A DNA stretch of 64,000 nt, from assembly GCA_049517335.1 (NCBI GenBank), contig JBEKSD010000011.1:9893-73892 (forward strand), in the 5' to 3' direction. This stretch comes from Candidatus Omnitrophota bacterium (lineage in GTDB: Bacteria; Omnitrophota; Gorgyraeia; Gygaellales; Profunditerraquicolaceae). The position numbers and the translations under genes are program-made. Under the pieces are notes generated by a model. It was given only the letters and a program-made list of their open reading frames with translations. It was not told where the DNA came from and did not search any database. Shown in pieces: positions 1 to 13,100 of the stretch (position 1 is the stretch's first letter; the number at the start of each line of letters is the position of its first letter).

Positions 1-2
1 CT

Positions 3-1148
3 GCCCAGGAGCAAAAGGTTATCTTTGACGGTATTGATAGAGAAAAAGAAAAACTTAGCCAGAAAGGCGTAAACAATGCTGTAGGTTTAATTAAAGATAT
101 CCTTCCGCAGATTACGGAAAACTCTAGGAACAGGGATGAATTCTGGCATTGGTTAACCTTAGTTGTCAGCTTACCTAAGAATATCTTAGAGCAAGGGCAA
201 AGGCAGGTTTTAGCAGTCTTTACCGATCTAAGAGAATTTGACCGTGCCCAGGAAGAATCATTAAATAAGTTCGGTACTAACCAGGAAGCAGCTGCAAGAG
301 CCAGAGCTGCTATAAACGGTCTTGTGCAGAAATTGGAAAGAGACGGATTAAATTATCCTGGCATCCTCAAGAAAGCCTTAGCGGAAATTAATAAAGCCTC
401 GCGCAATTTAGATGAATTCTTATTCTGGATAAATGAGGTTATGCATTTTGACAAGCAATTATGGTCTTCAGGCGGGTTTCTTGGGCTATTGCAGACTCTT
501 ATTGCTTATGTGTGCGCTAAAGAAGAAGCGTCAAAAAAACTATGCCATAATCCACAGGAAACATCTCAATTATTCCAGACAGTTGACAGCTTACGGGAAG
601 AGTTGGGGAGGAAGCAGGTATCCGTGGATGTTTCCATGCTTAAAGATGTTATTCCAAGAGTAGCAGAAGCATCCCGCAATTTAGCAGAATTCTTTGATTA
701 CATTACTGTGTTAAAGGCCTTTGACAAGAATGTATGGTATGGCACACAGTCAGCATTACAGGCTTTTAACAATCACGTAGCCTACAAACAGGCAAGAGAA
801 AGCGCAGCAGTCAAATTTACGCAGGATGATGCAGCACGCCAGAAATTCTTTACCGATATTGATAATTTAAGAAATCAGCTGGTGCAAAAAGGATTGCCCC
901 AAGCCTCTGATTTACTTAAAGACGTTCTTCCAGAGGTTACTAAAACCTGCCGTTCAAAAGAAGAGTTTATTTATTGGCTAGGAGAATTGGTAGGTCTAAA
1001 CATTAGCGTATGGCGATCAGGGACTCAAACGGTAGTAAATAATTTTAATGACTTAGCAGGCTTCAGGCAGGCTAAGGAAATGGCCCTTGAGAAGCTTTGT
1101 GCTAATCAGCAGGAGAAGAAAAAAGACCGAGCTGCGCTGGTCTTATGA
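3..1148 (+). CDS. 5'-truncated helical-repeat protein (~75-80-aa repeats); upstream part or partner of the giant protein
   Basis: Frame is open from base 3, so the ORF starts before the window. Repeats of LKDV(L/I)Px(I/V)xxxSRNxxEFxxWL...VWxxG. Its stop overlaps the next start (ATGA, 1145-1148). Confidence 0.8.
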   Translation, partial: AQEQKVIFDGIDREKEKLSQKGVNNAVGLIKDILPQITENSRNRDEFWHWLTLVVSLPKNILEQGQRQVLAVFTDLREFDRAQEESLNKFGTNQEAAARARAAINGLVQKLERDGLNYPGILKKALAEINKASRNLDEFLFWINEVMHFDKQLWSSGGFLGLLQTLIAYVCAKEEASKKLCHNPQETSQLFQTVDSLREELGRKQVSVDVSMLKDVIPRVAEASRNLAEFFDYITVLKAFDKNVWYGTQSALQAFNNHVAYKQARESAAVKFTQDDAARQKFFTDIDNLRNQLVQKGLPQASDLLKDVLPEVTKTCRSKEEFIYWLGELVGLNISVWRSGTQTVVNNFNDLAGFRQAKEMALEKLCANQQEKKKDRAALVL

Positions 1149-4100
1149 AAGACATTGTCTTGGAGATTCTAAAAGACATTGATAGTCTTGCTAATTTGCC
1201 ATACAGAAAGAGCGATTTTGTCTGGTGGCTTACTATGTGTATTAATTTTGAACCTCAGGTTTGGGGCGCTGGAACAAAACAAGTTTTAGCTGGGTACCAG
1301 GAACTCAAGACTTACATAATAAAAAGGCGTGAATTATCCGCACGGTTTACCACCAATCCCGAAGAAGAAAAACGGCTTACTGCAGCATGGGATAGTCTGG
1401 ACAAAATTGCCAATTTCTCAAAGCCTGCAACCATAAGTTTACTCAATAATACCTTAAATAAAATTTCGGAGTTTGTAACGAATCCCAGAGAATTTGTCTT
1501 CTGGATAGGGACTATGTCTGAGCTTAATCAGGAAGCGTTAGAAGCTTTCTGTCGTGATATTACTACAACATTTGATTATTACAAAAGTAAAGGCAAAACA
1601 AGAGATTTTAACCATCTTCCCGCGGTTTTGAATCAGTATTACAAAATTTATCATCAGACAGTGCTTATTACGCCGGAACTTCTGGATATTTTAACTGATT
1701 CTCAACTAGAAGTAGATAAACGCATAGAGAAAATTTATCAGTATCTTGCGACACAGAAAATTGTGAAGTTAGGTGCGCCGCCTAACTTAGTAGGCTTGGT
1801 AGATTCTGTAAGTTTTGATGAACTCTTTAGAGCTGTAGAAGACGAAGATACCATCAGAAATATTATCCAATACTATGAACCCGTAAAAAGAGCAGCTAGC
1901 AAGATGGGCCGCGATGGCGTCTATAGTTATTTTGAGTCACAAAAACCGGCATTTTATAGACATTTCTTGGAAGAGGCAAAAGGATTGAAGCCAGGATTCA
2001 ATCAACCCGGAGAGAAATTCAGAGTTTCATATAAGAACCACTCTGTAGCATTTACGAAAGAAGAAGAGTCGCAACTAACACCGATTCCCGATAATGTCCA
2101 AGCTCTCAGACAGTTAATTCAATATCTGCGTATGGAATGGCCAAACCTTTATGATAATTTCATCGAGCCGAAGAGAGAATTAATTAAGGGGCGGCCTCTT
2201 GAGGAGTTTGTCACTTCGGACACTGTATCAAAGATGGCGCAGCAGTTGTTAAGCAAGGTTCAGGGCTGGCAATTTTCTGAACAGCAAAGAAATGTTTTTA
2301 TCATAAAAATTATAGAAGTGCTTTCTTTCCAGGGAACTGCTGATTTAAGAGCTCGTATTAACAATGCTACGGATGATTTTAGCAGGCTGAGATTAGTCGT
2401 GCAATATTGGGAGAGAGTTCTAAAGTTGGCCTTAGAACATAAATGGCTTCAGGAAAACTCTAAATATTTTAAAGAACCCGCCAAAGTTGTGAAACAAAGA
2501 CTCTCTTCTATTAATAACAAACTAGGGGATGGCGGAGAAGGTATATTACAGTTTTATTTATCCGGAGGGACTTTAGCTGACTTTTTTAAGGGCTGGGTAA
2601 GTAATGATTGCACAAAAAATACAGATGGCGATCATGCTCACTTCCCTGATACGCAGGCATTTGTTATGGATCCTGCTTGTTTTCTTTTTAAGGTGATCGA
2701 GAGAAATAAATGGGTAGCCAATATTTATACGTTCGCGTTTAAAGATAAAAATGGCAAATTCTATCTTTATATTGATATGTTCCAGCTTAACCTACAGCAT
2801 GAGATTACTAAGAGCAATCAGGATAAAGAGGAGTGGCGGGTAGAATTTTGCTCTAGATTTCTTAAGGAGCTAATTGGTTATCTTGGCTCTCTGGGGTTTG
2901 ATTATCTGGTTGTAAGTACTAATCCAGCACAGCATAGGATCGGACCCGATATATTAACTGCAGTAAAACGCCAATACGGTAAACAGAGCCCAGAAACAAT
3001 AAGTTTGCGTAAAATGGGAGGGACGGAATTTTTCTCTGAGGCAGGAGTGGGCGAGGAGTTTTTATGGACGTTAAATGGTAATCTTATAAGCAATGATTTT
3101 CAAGATGTTACTGGGTATAAAATTGAGATAGACAAGACTACCCCCCAGGTTCTTCAACTTAAGCAAAGCGAATTAGATCATCTAGAAAAGCTCCTAGGAG
3201 AAATGTCCAGCGAGGAAACTCGTCTTGCCAGCCTTGCTAAAGAAAGACGTGAAGAGTTAAGCCACTTGAATAGAAAAGGCCAGGAAGCAGCTAATACTGG
3301 TAAAAATGCATTGGCATCTCAGTTCAAAAATGCTTCTGACCAGAAGACTACAGAGGTTCAAAAGATAGAATATGAACTTAATGAATTAAGAATAAGAGTC
3401 AGAGAGAAGAAAGATGAGCTTGAGCATCTGGCGGTTGAATTAGGCTTAAGAAGGGGATCTAGCCCGCTTCTCGGAGGAAGGTTAGCATCTATAATCCCTG
3501 TTACTTTATTATCAGGTTTTCTCTTTGCAAATAAGGCGCAAGCGCAGGATTTTTCATCGGGAGATTGGTTTTACAATCCGCTTACGCCTTTAGTATTCGT
3601 AGCAGGTGTCGCCGGATTTGTCGGTTTAGTTTGTTACATTCTTTATAAACTTTTTCCGCAAAAACCAGAACGAGATACATACTACGAAAGAGAATATTTC
3701 CCAAGACCTGCTTTTCAGGAATATAGATTACCGGATGACTTAAAGACACAATTAAGCCAAGTTTTGGATAAATTATCCCCTGAAGCAAGAGGATTATTAC
3801 CTAACAGTATAGATGTTAGGATCCCTTTTGAGGTAGGTATTTCACGAGCCCAAGCTGTTAAAGCATTGGGCCTGCTCTATTCCAACCTTATTAAACACGG
3901 ATCCATTTTGGATTTCTTTAAAGACAAGGATTTCTACCGCAGCTTTAAGCAAAAAGCGAAAGAATTAGAGTTGGCAGATGATTTTGACCAGCCTAAAGGT
4001 AAGAGCTACTTCTTTACTGTCCCCAAAGAGAAGATTCGTTATGAAGAGGATAGGCGCGCTGAAGAGTTTATTACGCAATATTTGACTAAAATCAGGAAAA

Positions 4101-7100
4101 AACAGGTTTCAAACACTGAAGAGACATTGGAAAGAATCCACCAGGAGAGGTCGCGCTTACTAAGAAAAGAAATGTATAGGGGCGCAACGCAAACCGATCT
4201 CTATGCCTATTATCAATTGCTTTTATCTTATGCTACTTTAGAAAGTAAAGCCAAGCTTGATGAAGTTGATGATCTTTTATCTGAGAAAAATTACCTTGGC
4301 GCCTTAAGCGTATTAGAAGAGTTTTTCCGCATAGATATCGGCGGTGAGTTGATTTCCCTTGAAGAGAACGTCAGGTTAAAGGATGCCTTAAACAAGGTCC
4401 TGCAAACAGAGCTTGAGGATATCCGCTGGCAGTTTAACCGTTCCGCGGCATTCCAGACAAACAAGCAGCAGATCATTCGCGAGACAAATGATATCCAGTT
4501 TGAATTAAGGCTCTCTGAGAGAACCGCTGATGATGTTTTAAGAGGCGTGGCAAGCGGTGATTGTACTTCTATCAATGGTTCAGCTTTCTACAACACGATT
4601 CCGCAGTTTATGTTTGACCCCGGCCTGCTGGTCTTTAAGGTTATCCAGGATGACAAGTGGGTAGGTAATGTCTACACAATCGTTGCGGAAAAAGACGGCA
4701 ACCCTGTTTTAATTATGGATGCTGTACAGTTGCCGGTTTGGGGCAGGAGCTGGCCAGTTTCAGTAAAAGAACTTTCGGATAAGGTGTTAGAGAAGGTTGT
4801 TGAATACGCCAACTCGCAAGGATTTGCTCAAGTTTTAATGAGCAGCTTTGTCTCAAACTTTAACGCTATCCACGACCACTTTGACCAGAAATATCCCGCC
4901 ACGGCGCAGGAAATAGAAAAGGCTTCAGGCTTCGAACACTTAAAAGCCTTAGGCTTGTGGGATAATTATGCAGCACGCAATGAATACCTGGAGACTTTTA
5001 GCCCGCATTGGAATTATTCCTTAAAAAGAGTTGACCCAAACAACCCAAAACAGACCTTATTATTAAGAACAATCTGGCAGAGAAATGCCCCTGAAGAACC
5101 ACAGGAAATCCAGCCCTCTGATTCAGGAGAAACGGCAGTTTTAGATAGGGCAAAAGAAGAACAGAAGCCGGCATCCGCGCAGGATAATCTTGCGAGCAGC
5201 CCAAGCCAAACAAATCCTCAGTCAGTTAAGAAGAATACTCCTAAGCAAGGACATGCTTTCAGGAATTTCTGCACTGGGATTCTTTTGGCTGCTGCATTAC
5301 TTCTTTCAAGTGGGTGCGCTACGGCATTTAATTCAAGGATAGGACCTATAGCCATACACAGCCGGACAGAGGTTACCTTAAGTGAACCTAAGCCACACGA
5401 AGCGCCGTTAAGTATTTCCGGCAGTGTTGAGCTCGGAGAGAAAACTAAGAAAAAAGAAGCAAGTAAAACAGCGGAAGTCAAAAAATATTCTCAAGGGGCA
5501 GAACTTTTAACCTCCGGGAGCGCACGCCTTGGTCCTTTAACTGGAGATATAAATCCAAAAGTGGGTGTAAGTGAGGTTCCGGAAGGAGAAGCCCCTATTA
5601 GTATTGGCGCAAAGGCTTCCATAGGAGAAAAAGTAAAGCAGAACAAAGCCGATACCGAAGGAGTGGAGCTTGCGACAGAAGCAAAGGTTAGACTCGGACC
5701 TTTAACAGCGCAGGCAGATCCTAAAGTAGGCTTAAGTGATGTGCCTGAAGGGCAAAAGCCGGTTGATTTAAAAGGCGATATAAAAGTTCAAGAGGTAAAA
5801 GAAGAGCCTGTTTTACAGCAAGACGTGCAACCCGAGTCGCAGGCCCCTGATACCGCGCAAATCATTGCCCAGATTAATGAACAAATAAAGTCAATACAGG
5901 CGGAATTAGAAAAACTTCGCCAGGCAGATTCAGATCTAAAAATCGAAGTTTCTGATCTAATGGCAAAACTTATTGATGCCCAGAAACAGATAGAGCAGTT
6001 AAAAACAAGCCCGAAAGCTCCTGAAGAAGTTACTCAGCTTGAGGAGAAGAAATCCGATTATGAGCGCCAGATAGCAAACTTAGAGCTTCAGCAGAAGCAA
6101 GCGCAAAAAGAGCTGGATAGAATTCTGGCTGAGAAGGCAAAAGCCGGCCAAGAAGTAAGGCAATTACAAAACCAGGCTCCTCATATGCAGCAAAAGGTAG
6201 AATCTCTTCATACCGAAATAAACCAGCTTGAGACACAGAAAAAACAAGGAGCAGAGAGCGTAACACAGTTACAATCTCAAAAAACTGGCCTTGAAACTAA
6301 TGTTAATCAGTTAACTCAGGATAAGTCAAAACTAGAACAGGAATTAACCGGGTTAAGGCAACAGATAGGCCAGGCAAAAGCAGTTTTGGAAGAGGCTAAG
6401 GTAAAGTCCGAGCCTACGTTTAAAAACATCTGGTTTAGTCTACCCTGGCAGGAAAAACTAGGAATAATCCTGCTTAGTTTAACCGGTATAGGGATATTGG
6501 TTGGTGGGGTTATTCTTTGGAAGAGATGGTCAAGATTTAAGAATCTTTCTGACAGGGTTAAAGAATTGCAGCAGAAAGCAGATGATTTGGAAAGACAGCT
6601 TTCTACGCAAAGAAAAGAAAAAGAAGATTTAACCAAAGAAATTGAGCAGCAGAAAACAAAAACTCTTGATCTAGAGGCAGAAAGGAATAGACAGGCAGAT
6701 GAGTTAAAGAGAATAACCGAGCAGTTGGCTGCTTTAAAGGAAGAGCATGAAAGGATACAGGCTGAACTCATCCAAGTAAAAGAGGCAAAAGATAAAACTA
6801 CAGAGGAGTTACAGGCAAAGATTGCCGAATTAAAATCGCAAATTGCCCAGAAAGAATCTGAAATTGTCTCTTTATCTTTTAAAGAAGAAATAGCTCCTAG
6901 CGTTCCGGCGCCTCAAGAAATAAGTCAGAAATTAAGCGATGCGGAAATAGACAGGGCAGTTGAACTATTAAGAGCGCTTCCTTCCAGGGAAATGCAGCGC
7001 TTACTTCGTTCGCAGAAGATTGATGTAAGAGAAAGAATCCGTTTCCTGCATGATGAGCTCGGACTAGACATTGCAAACGGACACGGCAGAAGCCTTCTTT

Positions 7101-10100
7101 TCAGAAATCCGGATACCTTACGTAACCAGAAAGTCTTCCTTGAAAGTTTAGGTCTGCCGTTAACAGTTACCAATCTTGCTTCTTCAAAGAGAGGCTTTGC
7201 CAAAAAGGAATTGAATCAAATTATCAAACAGACAGCATGGAACGAAGAATGGCAGGTGTTGACTAATGAGGAAAAGCTTTCTGTGGTAAGCCATCTTTAT
7301 GATATTTACGGTCTTCGGGTATCTTGGCTGTTAAGAGATAATGACTGGTATCAGCTGCTTCATGCCTTTGGTCTGCCGGGTGAGCCCATAAACTACACCC
7401 CCCGCTCAATAGATTTTATCCAGCGTTATGAATTATCCAGATTCCAGAAATTCCATAATACAGCCCAAACCAAATACAGACTCTCCAAGATAAAAGAAGT
7501 CATCAAAATCTTAGATCTAAAAGTCATTAACCTCCTTGATGTCAAAACTACACCAGAAGGCTTTGAGATTTTTGTGGTAAAGCCCGAAGTTAGAGAAGGA
7601 AAAGTAGATTACCAGAAGGAACATTATCCTCTGCCGGATACTGATTTTATCCCCCCTGAAAGCGCAGGCGAGCAGCCTGAAGATATAGCAGCGCTTGAGC
7701 CTCAAGAGACTATACTCACCCCGCAATTAGAAGAAAAGGCATCTCATCTAAAAGAAGAAATAGCAAGCCTTGAAAAGACGATTGCTGGGCTTGAAGAAGA
7801 AAAAAAACAGAAAACCGCTCAGCTTGAGAAACAAATCCAAGATTTAACTCAGCAAAAAGAAAAGTTAGTCCAAGAAATTACTCAGCTTGAAAATGACCTA
7901 CAGGCAAAACAGCAAGCCATGTCTTTATCAATAACTCAAGAAGAAGATAGAATTAACAAACTTCAGGAAGAAAAACTTGGTTATGAGCAGGCAGTTCAGG
8001 ACTTAAAACAGAAAATTGATGCTTACCAACAAGAATTAAAGGCATTGGAACAGCAGAAAGATAAGGCACGCCAAGAATTAGAGGCCTTACAGGATACTTC
8101 AGCTGCCCGTGCCCAGATTGAGACATTGAATAAAGAACAGCAGCAGATAGAGGAAAACCTAAGAAAGATAAAGGCAGAGTTAGTAGATCTAACCGCCAGA
8201 AAAAAACAGCTTGAAGAAAATATCTCTGCTTATCAAGGCACAAGAGACAAGCTTCAAGAGGAAACAGCTGTTTTAAACAAGAAAATAGAGGAGCTGAATC
8301 AGTCCATCCATTCTCTTGAAGCTGAAAAGGACGCATTGGCTAAGCAAGAAAATGAGCGTGCAGCTCAAATTAAGGCCACACAGCTGAATCAAGAGATAGA
8401 AGGTTTAACCCGGCAGAAAGAAGAACTTTCCCGGCAGAACGCTACGTTAGAAAACGAGATTAAAACCAAGCAGAATGAGTTGGCATTATCTATTAGAGAG
8501 GCAGAAACACAAGCAAACAAGATAAAGGAAGAAATAGCCGGCCTTACGCAAGAGCTGGCAGTTTTAAGAGAAGAAAGAGAAAAGCTTAGAACCGAAACCG
8601 CAGGCTTAAAAGGTTATCAGCAGGATGTTGAAAGTAAAAAACAGGAGTTATTAAGCCTTGATAAAGAAAAACAGGCCCTGCAGGAAGAAATCCGAAGTTT
8701 AGAAGCCCAAAAAACAGCACTTAAGGAAGGTTTTGATAAAGCTCAGCAAGAGCTTGAGGCAGTAAAACAACGTTTGGAAGAACAGAAAACATCTCAAGCT
8801 CAGCTTAGCCAGCAGGCCTTGACCGCAGAGCAGCAAAAGTTGCAGGAACAGCTTGATACGCAAAGACAAAGTATCCAGGCACAAATGAATGCCTTGGAGC
8901 AGGAATTCAACAAACAAAGACAAGAGCATTTAGCAACACTTTTAAAGCTTGAGGAAGAAAAGAATAAATCCAAACATGAATTGGATGATCTTTTAGCTCA
9001 GAAAGATAAAGCTATAAACGAAATGAATAAGTTAAATGTAGCGCTTGAAGACCTTAAGAAGACTGAAGCTAGTTATAAAAAAGCAATTGGTTACTGGAAG
9101 TTTCAAATAGAACTCTTGAAGGAAGATATAGTTGAGCTCAAAGAAGAAAAGGAACAATTAGCCCGGGAGGTAGAAACATTAAAAAAGGCAAAAGAAGCAG
9201 CACCAGAAATAGAAGAGCTAATAGAAGAGGTTAGGATTGTCAGTGAAGAAGTAGATGCTCTCTTAGGCATAATTGGCCCTCAAGATAATACCAGTATATA
9301 CTCTGCTGTTATAGATAAGGTAAAAGCCACCCTAGGCAATCTCAATTACGAAATAAAAGAAGAGCCTTTGTCTGGAGACAGCAGAAGAAAAAATATAATT
9401 GTAAAAATACCTGCTTCCATAGGAATGGAACATCTCCCAAAAATCATCCTGAATGCGCATATGGATGCTTATTACGAACATGGATACACTGTTAATTCTC
9501 TTAAGGGTAACAGAAGATCCGGAGGGGCTTTAGATGATCGGGCTGGGGTAGTAGCCATATTAAGTGCATTGAACCTAATAAAAGAAAGATTTGTCAGGCA
9601 GAATTTAGCCCATGGACCTATTGTCTTGATTTTTACTGATATGGAAGAAAAAGGCGCTGTGGGTGCAAAAGATCTTGTGAGTAAATATAATAGTGGCAGT
9701 CGGGGAGCAACCGAAAGCCTATTCGATAACACCCGTATCGCCATTGTTTTAGACGGCCCAATTCTCTGGATGACCGATGTAGATATTCGTAGCTTAAATA
9801 ATGTTGAGATGAAAAATCCTTTTGTAATAGCCAAATTGCTTAATATAGGTAAAAATGACAAAGAATATAGAATAGTAAATGATTCCGTTGGTTTGGTGAA
9901 TTTCAGGGATTTTTCACGCCCACGATATGCTGATAAGGATGGGGAGGGTGACCATCGGGCATTCGCAGATGCCTACGATAAGAAATTAAAGCGAAAAGTA
10001 CCGGTTATCAATATTCGTTCACCGTATAACGATATTGATGAAAATGGCACAATACAGTATCATAGCCCAAATGAAAAGGTTGACATTGAAAATGAATTAG

Positions 10101-13100
10101 TTCCGGTAGCGCAATGGGTGGCAGAAATTGTGTTTAGATTGGTTAAAGATATGACACCAAAGACACGACAAACTTCAGCAATTATTACCACTCAAAAGAA
10201 CAATGAACTACCACTGCCTATATGGGAATATACAGTTGAATGGGACAAAGATTATTACCCTGTTTTGTCTCCGGCATCTTACCAGGTAGGGCCCTTATCC
10301 TCTGAAGCCTTAAAAGATCTAACGGATGTTCTTAAAAAATTGACAGACGTTTATCCAGTTAGAGGCGAAGATAAAATAAGAACTATAAAGATAGTAGCCG
10401 GTAATGATAGATTAGCAACTATTAATCGGGAAAAGGGAGAAATCGTCCTGGATATAAATGTATTTGCTTCCAAAGAATTATTGCTGATGGAGGTTGAACA
10501 TGAATTACTGCATTTGCATTTACCGTCTGGTCAAATAAAACAAGATGTTAAGAATGCAGTTATAGAAGAGTTTATAATCTTGTTATTTGAAATATCCCGT
10601 TTCCTCAAGTTCGATAATGAACAGCAACTTAGAGTACTCGTCATATTAAAGGATGATCCTCATTTAGACGATAAGGAGTTTTATAGGATATTATCAAAAG
10701 CTAAATCGGATGGTTTGGTTTCTGTTTTGGATGATGTTACAAGATATATGAAACAAGAAGGGGTGTATCCGCCAGAATTTGTGGAATACTTAAAAGATAA
10801 AAATGGCAGAGATATCTTTAAGGATATGGATCGAGATTTACATATGTGCAAGTTTTGTTTAGCAAATATTTTCTTGGATAGAAAGGTAATAGGAGAAATA
10901 GGTATAAATATCATGCCAATTATTTTCAATATTATTTATGGCTATGCCGAGATGAATACTGATATCTATACTAATCCGCTTTTCAATCCTGATACTTCAA
11001 AAATGCTTGTTGAAACATTTGGTACCGAATCTCTATTGGCAGATTTGGTAAAGATCACTCCTCGGTTACTCGACTTTGATAAGGAATTCACTGGTGAGTA
11101 TACCAACGCTTCTGGTTTGCCAAAAGCGATGATATTCGACTTGGATAGGACGCTTTCGCGGACGCTAAGGGTTGTGCCTACCGAGATTCTTGAGCAGATT
11201 AAGGGATTCTTAAAAGCAAGAGTTAAAGTTGCGATTATTACTGCTCAAAGCCTTGAGGAGGTAAAAACTTATTTTATAGAACCTTTATATAAGCTCCTTA
11301 AAGATTCAGGGGAACCAGAAGGATTGTTAAGCAATCTCTATGTTGGTACTTCAGAGGGTAGTCAGTTGTGGCAATTCTTTACTCAGGGGCAATTCAAAGA
11401 AGTCATATTAGATGATGCAACAGAAGCTCCTTTTGATACGGCAGAGCATAAAAAAGAACTGCATAAGATTGTAAGAGATGCAATCAGAGAGGTAATAAGG
11501 CCAAAAGGTGATATTCCTATTGTTGGACCTATCTTAATTCAGGCGCCGGGCATTACCTTTATTCATAATAGAGATTATTCCCTTTCTTTGGGTATACGGG
11601 AAAAAATCTCACCGGATCAAAGGAGTGAATTAATAAAGGCAATCAAGCGCAAAATCCCTGCAAACTGGCAGATAGATATTTTGGTCTCTGGAGGAGGGAC
11701 TATACACATAGTTTCCAAAGGGGTTGATAAGTCAACAGCTGTTGGAATGTTCAGGAACTATCTTTCTCCAGACATTAAGCCACAGCAAATTCTTATTATC
11801 GGTGATGACTTTGGCCCCGGAGGACTAGACCGCAAAATGATTATCCCCGGAGCAAAGATATATTCCGTAGGAGCTAAACACAATATTCCTCCGGAAGTAG
11901 AGTTTTACGGAGATGGCGGAGAACATGGCTGGCAACGTAGCATGCATTTATTTGTTAATAGAATCAAATCAGATTTCGCAGGTGCAGCAAAAGGAAGAGG
12001 TATGTTCAGCCCTGATGAACATATAGACGTCAATGAAGTTATTATGGCAGCCCAAAGAGAGCATAGAGGTAGCCTTATTTGGGGCGATGCCTCAGGCTGG
12101 CAGGATAATCGCGCAAAATACGCTCAAGATATTGCCTGGGTAATATCTTCTTTAAAGAGGTATCCAGAAATTAAGATTACCGGATTAGGCAAGATTGATA
12201 TCCCGGAGGTGCTTTCAACATCAAATATTGTTTTGATAGTCCCGCACAATAACTCTCCCCCAGGCCTCTTGGTAAATAGCGAAAACGCCTATCAGATCGC
12301 GCACAACGGACTTTCAAGGAATTCAATCTACATTGATGAGGTTAGTTACAGCCAGTTATATACTTTTGAAGTTGCGGTCTTGCTTGCCCACGAAGCAATT
12401 CTTTTGGGCGCAAAGAAACTCGCCGCAAGAAAAGGCATTCCTTGGACAGAACAGCTGGCCAGGGACGTTTCCCAATTAGCTGAAGATTATGAAATCAAAA
12501 TTGTCGGAAGAAGCGAAAAAGGCAAGGGAAGCCGTTTTGACGAAAGAATCGAAGAAATATTAGAGCTTAATAAACCAAAACCGAAGCAGGCAAGACCAAT
12601 TGAAGAACCGCCTGCATATGAGCCGGAGGAAAAGCCTCAGCCAACTATTCCCCCGCAGCCAGAACCTAAACTTCAGAAGAAACCGCAGCCTACTAATAAT
12701 AATTTTTCTCTTGATTTTCCTGACACAAAAGACAGTGTTATAGACGGCTTAAGGAAATTATTCTTCGACAGTATGTTTAGGGATACAACAAATCTGCCGG
12801 TTCCGATAGGCGATTTTCCGCCTCCAATGGCGCGGGAAATCAAGCAATCCTACGACCTAAATAAAGTCAAAGGGTTACCGCTGGATCCTGATTTCTTGGT
12901 TGCGCTTACAGTGTTTTTCTCACGCATATTCCCTAACCATGCTAATGACCTGATAAATTATTTAAGGTCTTTGAACATATATATCATTGATAACGGAAAC
13001 TCAACCTTTGGCGCAACCCTTAGCAGAAATACTTTCTATATTCAGAGGTCCTGCCTTGAGGATTTATTAGGAAGACCCGTTAGCGTTGAAGAGATAAAAC

